Assembly: GCA_949358305.1 (NCBI GenBank)
Contig: OX442314.1
Coordinates: 26,970,001-27,034,000, forward strand
Source: Strigamia acuminata
Taxonomy: Eukaryota
Direction of reading: 5' to 3'
Length of the DNA stretch: 64,000 bases
The position numbers and the translations under genes are program-made. Below, one piece after another: positions 1 through 11,065 of this stretch. The notes under the pieces were generated by a model. It saw only the letters and a list, made by a program, of their open reading frames with translations, was not told the origin of the DNA and did not search any database. How positions within the stretch are numbered: position 1 is the first letter of the stretch; every line of letters begins with the position of its first letter.

Positions 1-632
1 GCTGAACTTGAGTTTTACATATTGGTTTAAAGCGCATTTACAAACGGATCGTGGTAATTAGATCGAATAAAACAAGAGTGAAATCGGATTTTGCTCTTGT
101 TCAAACATGTTTGTGCAACAAAAACGAATGCATTGCGCGCTTATTCAATGCAGCTAGCAGTTGAGAGTTTGAATAAGCGCGAAATAAGTATATTGAATTA
201 TGCTTTTGTTCAAACAGTGTAGAACCACATTTGCAATCGCTAAAATTGCTCCCAAATTTTCGACGTTGTTAAATTGTGACGAATTAAAAATATTTACTTC
301 AAACATACACAGGACCTAGCTCTCTTTTAGGAGAGAACAGGAACTGGATAGCCAAAACACATTCAGGATAAAGTCATTGTCTTAATCTAAACGATGTGCA
401 GGTGTGAGGGGTGGCTTAATCTTGGTTTAATCCTTTGGCCAAGTTTGTTGGAAATTAGTTATTCTTGGTTATTACATATAAATATTAATTTATGTTATAT
501 TTTAAACAGTAATTCTTTTACTTACAAATGCATAAAACATTTGTATTTATGTATTTAATCAACTATATTAAATTTGCCATCTAGGGACAAAATTATTCAT
601 TTACATGAATATAGTTCATGACTGTCACACAG

Positions 633-920
633 TTACCATACAAAATCAGACAGGACAAGAGCGCATGACTTCCTGTTGGAGGGCAATATGTCTTGTGTCG
701 TCTGTATGTCTATGAGGGATGCAGGATTTTTATTAGTCATGACCGTATCAAAAATATTTCTAAGACTATCAGAGGGTTCTTCTTCAGCTCTCCTTTTCAC
801 TGCTGCAGCAACCTTACACTTAGCAAGTGCAGCAGCTAAGTCTGCCATTAGTGTTTGGGAATTACCTGTATATAAGCTACATGCTTTATCAACACATACT
901 TGTACAAGTAGTATGTACAT
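633..920 (-). pseudogene. Possible decayed Mutator/FLYWCH-associated transposase fragment
   Basis: AAAVKRRAEEEPSDSLRNIFD resembles, by eye, the segment that follows the zinc finger in MULE transposases; no DDE domain is visible. Confidence 0.25.
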
Positions 921-1315
921 TTTTCTCTGTTGATGAGCATCTTGGCTGCGGATTGCTTCACTTTAGTGACGCCGTTTTAGCGACGCCGTTTTTAAGGTGC
1001 TTAGGTTCAGTTAGTTTAGGTTAGTTTAGGTGTAGTTAGTTTAGGTTAAGTCAAGGTCATGATGCTGCATTTCCGATTAATCGGAGATGCAGCATGTGCG
1101 TGGACGCTGGCCCACAAGCCTACAGTAGGGGGTGAAGGAGAGATTGAGTGGTGACCATATTTTTTTTCAGGTTTTTAGGCTCTTAGAGTATCAAAATCCT
1201 AGCTATGGCTCTGCTAAGAGCCCATCATGCAACTTGCACACAGACCCATTGGTGTATTACTACGCCGCTGACCACGAGTACTGTATTTATGCTGTAACAG
1301 CAGTGTGCACCTATA

Positions 1316-1615
1316 CTCTGGTTCGACTCAAGAGTATGCCCTTCTAAGAGCCGCATCACTGGTGTAGTGATCCATAAATGTAGACCCAAACACCATAACA
1401 AACAATAGTTTTTCATTCACATGTCCATAGAACTTTATTTCTTACAAGGAAGTAACATTTATGTATAAAAATAATCAAAATTATATCAACTTAAATGGTA
1501 ATAACAATCACAAATGATAATAAAAATAAAAACTACTTCCCCTAGTGGTAGTAATACAACCTTGAGTTAGGAGTAATGCGGCTCTTAGAAGGCATACTCT
1601 TGAGTCGAACCAGAG
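1316..1615. mobile_element. TA-flanked MITE (Tc1/mariner-type)
   Basis: TIR ctctggttcgactcaagagtatgcc(c)ttctaagagccgcat at both ends; TA on both sides. Confidence 0.8.
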
Positions 1616-1834
1616 TATATCTATGCTGTAACAACAGTGTGCACCTACAGTATCTATGCTTTAACAACAGTGTGCACGTATCCATGACATGTAATTGCAT
1701 CCCTAAGTTCCCAATTCACTTTAAGCGACGATTTAACAGAACCAAGTAATCGCATAAAATGAGGGATACCTTTATTTGAATTTTGAAATAACAGATTTTC
1801 TTACTTAATTGATAAACAAATAAAACATTCTTAC

Positions 1835-2317
1835 TTGATGTGCTTCTACAAGCTCCAAATTGTTTAGCATACTTGAATCTAGCCACAACTGAGTGTAATT
1901 AAAAGTCTTGGTAGCACTCTTTATAATCCCTTTCACTGCATTCCCACAATCTATACGATCCTCTATGCCATTTTTTATTGGTCGCCAATATGGAGCCAAA
2001 GTTGCTGTATCTAATCCTGCCAACATGTAGCCAGGTATTTTTAGTTCTTTCGTTTCTTTATACTCAATCTCAACTTTAATTGGTTTAGACAAGTAGTGTT
2101 GCACTTTTTGATATGTCTGATAACAACAAATGGTGAGACAAAACGTTACCGCAACCAACCATACAATGCGAACTGCAACGGATTTCTGCTTGTCCAGTAA
2201 CTTATTCAATATCGGCAATGATGTCTTCTCGATTGAACTTGCAATTTCTTGTTTGCAAAGATGCCGAATGCGATGTTTTTTCAACTTCAGCATTCTTAAA
2301 TTTTCGATACGTCTCAT
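1835..2317 (-). CDS. DEG/ENaC (pickpocket/ASIC-like) subunit, paralog A1, first coding exon (N-terminus, TM1, start of ectodomain); no further exons identified in the window
   Basis: MRRIENL...TTSLPILNKLL-type N-terminus, TM1 RIVWLVAVTFCLTICCYQ, then HYLSKPIKVEIEY..ELKIPG. Ends at a CAA|gtaaga donor (phase 0). Close paralog of 29036-29503. Confidence 0.8.
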
Positions 2318-2547
2318 AATCTTGGTGCTTTTGTGAGTATAGGGTTTTTTTCAGTTTTTTAATTTGTTTTCTGGTGTAAATATGGGGGTGCCGTTCCAAC
2401 GGCGAATCGTCCAAGGGCGAATCTGGCCATTCGGACGAATGGCGAATTTCGACTTTATTCTGTCCAAAACAGTCCCAACGGCAAATTTCTCCCAATTCAG
2501 CATTGGGACTGCTTTTGGACCTTTCTAATGGCGAATTGGTAAACGAT

Positions 2548-3180
2548 TTGCCATTGGAAACGCAAAAACGTGACCAATGGCGAATATGTGTGTGCTGAAT
2601 TTCGCCATTGGAAACGCAAAAACGTGACCAATGGCGAATATGTGTGTGCTGAATTTCGCCATTGGAAACGCAAAAACGTGACCAATGGCGAATATGTGTG
2701 TGCTGAATTTCGCTATTGGAAAGGGTTTTGCGTTTCCAATAGCGAATATGTGTGTGCTGAATTTCGCCATTGGAAACGCAAAAACGTGACCAATGGCGAA
2801 TATGTGTGTGCTGAATTTCGCCATTGGAAACGCAAAAACGTGACCAATGGCGAATATGTGTGTGCTGAATTTCGCCATTGGAAACGCAAAAACGTGACCA
2901 ATGGCGAATATGTGTGTGCTGAATTTCGCTATTGGAAAGGGTTTTGCGTTTCCAATAGCGAATATGTGTGTGCTGAATTTCGCCATTGGAAACGCAAAAA
3001 CGTGACCAATGGCGAATATGTGTGTGCTGAATTTCGCCATTGGAAACGCAAAATCGTGACCAATGGCGAATATGTGTGTGCTGAATTTCGCCATTGGAAA
3101 CGCAAAAACGTGACCAATGGCGAATATGTGTGTGCTGAATTTCGCTATTGGAAAGGGTTTTGCGTTTCCAATGGCGAATT
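2548..3180 (+). repeat. 54-bp tandem array, left arm of the foldback element
   Basis: Unit ttcgccattgg-aaacgcaaaaacgtga-ccaatggcgaa-tatgtgtgtgctgaat, about 12 copies, with a variant unit every 216 bp. Confidence 0.95.
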
Positions 3181-3466
3181 GAAATTGAACGAGCCGAGTG
3201 TGTATTTAAAGTGCTTGTGAGTCACGAGCGAACGATTTGGTTTGTTTAAACTGGTCGACTGATTTATTTAGAAAGTTCTGCTGTTTAAATAAGACGAATT
3301 AAACAGAACGTTGAGTGGACGTGATTCCCTAAAGCAAACGAACTGTGGACGTGATGCCAGGCGAGAGGTGACCGGATGTCACAGTGCTAAAGCCAATATT
3401 GGCCTAATATTGGTAGGCTACAAGAACGTATTGCTAGCTGATCCGCAACAGTACCAATCGATTTTT

Positions 3467-3748
3467 ACACATGCCGCATTTGCGCGATCGAATACAGCTA
3501 AACACCCGCCGTATTTGGGCGATCGAATACAGCCAAACACCCGCCGCATTTGCGCGATCGAATACAGCTAAACACCCGCCGTATTTGGGCGATCGAATAC
3601 AGCCAAACACCCGCCGCATTTGCGCGATCGAATACAGCTAAACACCCGCCGTATTTGGGCGATCGAATACAGCCAAACACCGGCCGTATTTGGGCGATCG
3701 AATGCGGCGGATGTTTGGCTGCATTCGATCGCGCAAATGCGGGCAGTG
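3467..3748. repeat. 35-bp tandem array ending in an inverted copy (MITE-like)
   Basis: Units gccgcatttgcgcgatcgaatacagctaaacaccc alternate with a gccgtatttgggcg...cagcc variant; the last unit is reverse-complemented (about 3700-3748). Confidence 0.85.
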
Positions 3749-6700
3749 TTTGGTCGGTTCTCAGGTCTTAAAAAAATAAATAATAATTGAAATTGAACGA
3801 GCCGAGTGTGTATTTAAAGTATTTAAAGCAAACGAACTATGGACGTGATGCCAGACGGATGTCACAGCGCTAAAGCCAATATTGGCTATAATTGGTAGGT
3901 TACAAAAACGTATTGCTAGCTGACTCCGACTGGTCCGCAACACACGCAACACACGCTGCTGGTTTTAATTCAAAGTTATCTTTATTTGTAATTCTAACTG
4001 GTTATGTAGTGCAATCGTCAGCTCCTATTGGCTGTTTAAAATAAAACGTTATTGAGACGTTCTCGTCTCCTTCCCATTCTCGTGTTCGTCTCGTCTCGTG
4101 TTCCTCAGGAACCCGAAAATTCTACAATTCATTAGTTCGAGACCAGCAGGACATGAACAGTGTTACACAACAATTTAGAACCCAAACGGACTCAGCATCG
4201 AACGGAATCACATGTGCGAGGTCAAGTTAAACTTTCCATTCGATATCGATGCGAGTAACCTTGTATGTATATAAATATAACGCCTCACGCAGCACGTAAA
4301 ACGTATTTACACGACATTTTTACTGAAATAAAAGTTTGAAATTAAACAAAAAGCAATTTGAGGCACAAAACTGTGCATTTAAGTACAAAAATTCATACTT
4401 TTGGCTTAAATTTTGAAACTTGTATAAACAATGCCGTGTGGGTCCAAAAAACGCTTAAATAAATGAAAAATGAATTTTAAAATGAATTTTTGTTACAGGC
4501 ATCGAGTAACAGCACCGGACATTACGTTTACTTCACCAAACATAAAACGAAGATAGTACGACGGACAACGCACCCGAAATTTATGGAAGATACATATTTT
4601 TAATATTGTGTAAATTATTATGTCTATACATTAATGCTTCTTTTTGGAAAGGAGATCGAAAAAACCGTTAATAAAACTTCTGTTATTCTATATTATGGAA
4701 TGGATTTTTTTGTGTTAATAAAATAAATTTTAGAAATTTTTCTAATATTTGAATTAATAATCATTTGGATTGAAATGAGCACGGTGCTTTTGTAGAAGCG
4801 CGCAAAGCATTGCGGAGTACCTGCTCTGCACGCAGGAGCAGCAAGCGGTACAGCCAATCTAGCTGCCTGATTTAACATTGTTGTCCCAAGAGCAGCAATC
4901 GGAAATGTAGAAAGCGGCGCCTAATCGCTTCAAACAACACGTTTTTGAAAAGTTTAATTCTTTTCATCACATATTGTCTATGTTATTATTCATTAAGCAG
5001 AGCCGGCTTGTGGGTCTTGCAAAAAATGTTTTTATTTTGGCAAAGTATTTTTTATCCCAAAAAGTTCATTTGTAAAGTAGATTGTCTCTAAAAAGAGTCT
5101 ATTGCAGCACATGATAATGCATTTATTTGCCTAAAAATGTCTAAAAATGCATTTATTTTCGCCAGGTCGCTTACTACGACAAGACTGAAACGTTGCAAAT
5201 GAGATTGCACAAATTTTGACAATTTTGCATTAAAATGACCCAAAAAAAATGCATTTTTACACGCAGATTGCAATTTGTCTGTCGAAAGAAACGTTTTCTA
5301 GTGGTTTCTGCAGATGATGATGTTAATCTGAGCCAGCCATTTGATCTCTCTCGTTTACAATGCTACATGAAATACGGATTGCCGAAACGGGACTCAATTT
5401 TAAGATACAATCGGACTCTCCAACCCAGCTGGGTTTTGGAACACTAAAAAAACAAAAGCCGCATTGAACTTTACAAGTGTAGGGCCATCCACGTATTTGA
5501 AATGTTTCGCAACACCAAAATATAGTAGGCACTTGATTCAAAATTTGATCGTGAAGATGGTGATGAGGAAACTGAAGTGTTTCATTATTGAACATTGCAA
5601 TTATTGCACTAGAATGCAGAGAATTCTCCGCATTCATCGAGGTTTGATAACCGATCGAATGATTTGATTTTTTGACGTTTTTGATGGATTTAAATGTGAA
5701 AAAAAGTTATTTTTGGTTGGAAAATATCGATTTGAGCTCGAATTTTGATGAATTTGTTATGAAAATGTGAATTTTTGATGGTTTTTAACACTTTTAACCG
5801 ATTTACATTCTGATTAATGTGGATACGTTTAGGAATTGTTCCATTTATGGTTTGTTTTGGCCAATCATGCGCTGTTTAGTTTCGTACTGACAATTTTGCA
5901 TTAAAATAGCACGAAAAAATGCATTTTTACACGCAGATTTCAATTTGTAAGTTTGCTTACTGTTAAAACTATTTATAGGAAAAGGCAAACTGTGTAAGAT
6001 TTGTATTACTTTTCATTTTAATTTTTTTTTCTCAAATATACTTGTAGAAAGTACGATTGGGAGGACAGCAGTGCCTGCATATGGACATGATCAAGATCTA
6101 TTTTGAAAACGAATAATTATACAAAAAATATTTAATATTTTTGAAAAATTGTACTTCCTTATTTTAAATTTGATGTATTTTTCTTTCAATTGAATAAAAA
6201 CATATATTTTAATTTTTTCATCGATTTTTTCATTCCAACATGATTGACGGCCGGAAAATGAAGGCAAAATTGTCTATTTTAATAAAAATAAAAACATGAT
6301 CAAATGTTGAAGAAAGAACTAGCTGCTAAGCTGATTGAAAAAAAAAGAATTTGAAACAAACGTCGAAGAAGTAGACACGATAAGAGCATCGTCCGATTTC
6401 GTGGGAAATGAGACGCGGCATCGAAAAGTGATATCCTCGTAAGTTGCGAGGCAGGAAAGCCACGCGTAATGAACCTCGATTCAAGAAACGACCTTAAAGC
6501 CGAGACAGCAAATTACGTGAATTAATTATAACCGTTGACTAAATGCAATTAAAAGTTTTATTCAACATATTGGAACGTATTGGAACACGTATTGCAACCA
6601 GTATTAGACACTCTGGATAACTTTTTTAATGTTTTTGAGATGGCGGAAATGTAAAACCAAGATGAAACGATCATCGCTGTTCAAATATTCGTTCTAATGA

Positions 6701-9177
6701 ACACGAACCAGATGTCGGAGACGGACATGCATTTGGTCATCATTGACACAATTAGAGAGTCTCGTTTTAAAGGTGAAACGCAATAAATTGGCGGAATTTG
6801 TCATACTTATACTGAATTGGGAAATAAGACACGTGGACGACGAGAAAACAACACGACTTGGGACCATAGCTTTTGGATGAGAACAAAAAACCATTCGACT
6901 ATTTTCCGACAGTTTCGAGCACAGGACACATGTTTTATTGCAGTTTATCCAGTAGGAGGAGGTTTACCGCTCCCGTGGGCGACACAGACTTGCACATGCA
7001 GTTCTATAAAAATGAAGAAACGACGATAATTTTTGATAACATCACAGAATAAAAATTCGTGTTTTTATTTCGAATTGAAAATGTAGCGGTCGGTTTATTT
7101 TGACGATCAAATTGAAGGCAGCAATTGCAGGCTTTTGCCAATCGGTGACAAGTATTTCTTCGACTTGGAAATCCACATGAAAATCTTGGAGAGTTGTATA
7201 AATGAGAGAGAAATTGCCGGGTAGTTGGCAAAATTAAAAATGTAAAAGTCAGTGCAGAAATTCGACGGAGAAATTAATATTTTCCCGAGAGTTGATAATT
7301 CCACTGATTTATGAATACATCAGCACATTTTTGAATTCGTGGAAGATAAATTAGAGATAAACAAAATATATCGATCTCGTTCAGTTTGTGACGATTCTAC
7401 TTTTGGTTGAATTATAAGCCATTAAACGAGATAAATCGGTCGGAACAAGACATTGCTAAACCTAACAATAACCTAACCGAGATAAGCTACGAAATATGTG
7501 CAACGTGAATAAATAACCAGAATAGCAAATAACTTACGGTTTTCCATGTTTATTATCAATACAACTGGTTCTGGGTTCTGGGCATGTGTAAACATAACCG
7601 ATCGTTTTTGACGTTGCAATCGAATTCTTTCAAAGGTCGCCATGTCGTTTTTTCACTGTTCGATTGAATCTACGTTGGAACGACGTATCGTGGGCGGACA
7701 TGAGTGTATCATGGTTTTGATTATACAATACGAATGTAAATATAATCAGGTATGTGTTTATTTTGTAAATAAACTTTTAACACGAATAAACTTAAAAATG
7801 CATTGATTTGCCTAAAAAAGGTCTAACTTGCCTAAAAAAAGGTCTTTAATGCATGAAAATGTTTATAACTGCTTAAAAAAAATTTGTCGTTATTAAACCT
7901 GTTACTTTCTCTCCTAATTTTATGTTAAATGGGCCACACATAGTCTTTGCACTCGTTCCCGAAGCCTTCCAAGCCGGCCTCGCCATCAAACCGTATCAAA
8001 CATTTTTTGCAAAGCAAAAGGTAGTTGTCACAAAGTCATTCATTACTTTAAAAAGAATTTCTTGCCTTTTAGTCCTAACTCAAAAAATGTAGCACCTATG
8101 TGCCAAGTCTAATCCCTATTGTTTCAAAGTTTCCTGTCCTTTATGCAAACTTTCCCTTTGCCGACCCAATGTCGCCAGACAGGCAATTATTTCAATTAAC
8201 ATAATTTAGATCTACGAAAATACCCCTTTCCTTTGTGTAACTCAAAGGTTATAAAGACCCAAATTTTCCGATTCTCCTCACTTTTCGAAGTATCTTCTGC
8301 GTGCGTACCAACGTGCACCCAAAGATCCACTCCTTCGCAAACTGAACGCAAATTTAGGACGACCACTGAAAAACTCGATTCGAACTCTCCATTGACGGTA
8401 AGAAATTTATTGTATTGTTTCTTACCCTGTTGAATAGCTTCGAGTTGTTACATTAGTGAGACGTCTGATAATATTAACTCAGAATCGTGTATTTTCTTGA
8501 ATTCTCTTCGAATTTAGGAATCTCAACCCCTTATTGGAGGCTTTGTAAACGCGCATCACAGTACTTCGTGATTCTTGTTATATATATATACATATATATA
8601 TATTGGATATGGTTTTATTAGATTATTAATTAGTTCTTAATAAATATGTTTATCTCTTAAATGTCACACACTTGTGTTGGCTCAACATGTTATTTTGATC
8701 ACATTCACCTATCAAATCACATTGTCGATTGTTACGAAGTCGGATATTAATCCTTATTCACTTGTTTATTTCTTCTCTACACCTAAACTAATTTGTGGTC
8801 ACATGTGCAGTGACCTCCCCTACCCCCCCTACCTCTGGAGTGACTCACGGCCGCATTCGATTGCAAACGATTTTCACTGATTTCATATTGACACTGCAAA
8901 GATTAATTTTACTGATTTCATTTAATTATTCCTTTTTTTCTCTGATTTCATTTGAGATATTTTCGATTTATAGTGATTTCATTGATATATTAATAATTTT
9001 CATTGATTTCATTGAAATATTCTTGATTTTCACTACTGATTTCATTGAAATACAGTATTCCTGATTTTCAGGGAATTTATACAGATCTTCAGTGGATTTA
9101 TACTGATTTTCAGTGGATTTTTATTGATTTCCGTGGATTTAATGCAAAGCGATGTCGCCGAGATATTATTCGACAAA

Positions 9178-9900
9178 AATGGCGAAATTCAGCACACACA
9201 TATTTGCCATTGGTCACGTTTTTGCGTTTCCAATGGCGAAATTCAGCACACACATATTCGCCATTGGTCACGTTTTTGCGTTTCCAATGGCGAAATTCAG
9301 CACACACATATTCGCCATTGGTCACGTTTTTGCGTTTCCAATGGCGAAATTCAGCACACACATATTCGCCATTGGTCACGTTTTTGCGTTTCCAACGGCG
9401 AAATTCAGCACACACATATTTGCCATTGGTCACGTTTTTGCGTTTCCAATGGCGAAATTCAGCACACACATATTCGCCATTGGTCACGTTTTTGCGTTTC
9501 CAATGGCGAAATTCAGCACACACATATTCGCCATTGGTCACGTTTTTGCGTTTCCAATGGCGAAATTCAGCACACACATATTCGCCATTGGTCACGTTTT
9601 TGCGTTTCCAATGGCGAAATTCAGCACACACATATTCGCCATTGGTCACGTTTTTGCGTTTCCAATGGCGAATTTCAACATGCACATATTCGCCATTGGA
9701 AGCGTAAAAACGTTCCCAATGGCGAATTTTACATTAAAAACAAATCTCCCACATTCGCCCTTGGAAACAGAAAATATCTTTCCAATGGCGAATGTGGGAA
9801 ATAAAACATTCCTGCACTCAAAAAACGTTTCCAATGGCGAATTTAATAAAATTTGCCATTGGAAACGTCAAAATAGGTTTCTAAAGGCGAATTTCCAAAA
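9178..9900 (-). repeat. 54-bp tandem array, right arm of the foldback element
   Basis: Reverse complement of the left array, about 9 clean units then degenerate units toward the terminus. Confidence 0.95.
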
Positions 9901-11065
9901 TTCGCCCTTAGACGATTCGCCGTTGGAACAGGTACCCTAAATATGGTAATTGAGGGCCAACACGCAGAGTTGAACGTATATAATTATGGAATAGATTCTG
10001 ATAATTAAAACTTGTATTGAATTTTTTTTACGAACTTAGAATTAATTTTTTGAAAATTAATGATGTCAACTTTTCTAAAACATTCATGTTGCAGTTATTT
10101 AGCTTAACACGAATATTCGTGCGTTTGTTGCAGCAATTAAAACATTACTTCGTAATATTTTAAAGTTGAAATCTTGTGATGGTGGTGGTTTTTATCCATG
10201 GTAGCCTGGGGACTGGTTACCATGGGGTGGAACGCATACTCACGTAAATGAAAAACAAGGACTCCAGAATGTTGGATTGTTGGCCGTTAATCGTTGTCTA
10301 GGGGTTGGAGTTATCTCCCGTCTAACCGCGTGTTGGCAGTGCCACGAAAGCACGCCACACCAGGAATCGATTTGTCTCACACAGGGAGGGATCCCCATGA
10401 ATGACATAGCCGGTTGGACATAACTATTCTGTCGAAGTTAACTGTATGATCCATGCAACCGCTCATGGAGGCTGTGGTGGATCCAACATCTCACGACTGA
10501 CCGTCACAGTGGGGAATAGGGAGGGGAGCAGAGTCAGTACAGGGCACGACTGCCCTTGCTGGCTTCAGGACTTCACTTCACACGTCTGTCTCGGTTGAGA
10601 CCCAGCGTTCTTCTCTCTCCCTATCCCTACACTACTCAGCTCCCTTCTTCCTGTACTGGGTCATCCCACTCCACAAGGAGGGGTGACCTTGGGGCTTTTG
10701 GGCGGTGCGTGGAATGACGCAGGCAGTGTTGGGCAGGGTACAGTAACGGTACCGGCGGTACAGTAACGCCGGTACCGTTACTGTACCGAAGGCCTGTACC
10801 GCGGTACTTTTTAAGAAAGCATCGTGTACCGTTACCGGTACCGCGTTACTTTCTATGGGAACAGCAAGTACCGGGTACTTGTACCGCGGTACTTTCGCCG
10901 CCATGCAGTACCGGTACCGGGATTTTGCGGTACATCTCGCGGTACACGATAATAAAGTTTAAAAGTGTATGTTTTGTTTACATTGTTTTGCATTTTAAAC
11001 TTTATTGTCTCATATGTTGTGGAAAACAAATTTCTCATTAAAAAATACCTATTTATACATATATA

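Larger units (their letters stand above)
2386..9937. mobile_element. Foldback/Mutator-like DNA transposon, 7.55 kb, with modular TIRs
   Basis: Perfect 9-bp TSD TAAATATGG (2377-2385 and 9938-9946). Ends gggtgccgttccaacggcgaatcgtccaagggcgaat versus rc gggtacctgttccaacggcgaatcgtctaagggcgaat. Inverted 54-bp arrays lie inside each end. Removing the element restores similarity to the paralog flank at about 29520-29610. Confidence 0.9.

Noticed and set aside
1000..1050. TTAGG-like tract suggesting an interstitial telomere
   Set aside because: Short and irregular; such tracts are common inside invertebrate repeats.
2548..3180. CRISPR-like palindromic repeats with spacers
   Set aside because: The spacers are repeated rather than unique, the context is eukaryotic with no cas genes, and the array is one arm of a TSD-flanked transposon.
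7684..7707. RIVGGHEC, a trypsin-like activation motif
   Set aside because: No following PW/CGG segment or catalytic triad motifs; probably chance.
9045..9940. Long ORFs in several frames with 18-aa repeats (also 2497-3220)
   Set aside because: A by-product of a 54-bp unit that is divisible by 3 and lacks stops; no sign of real coding.
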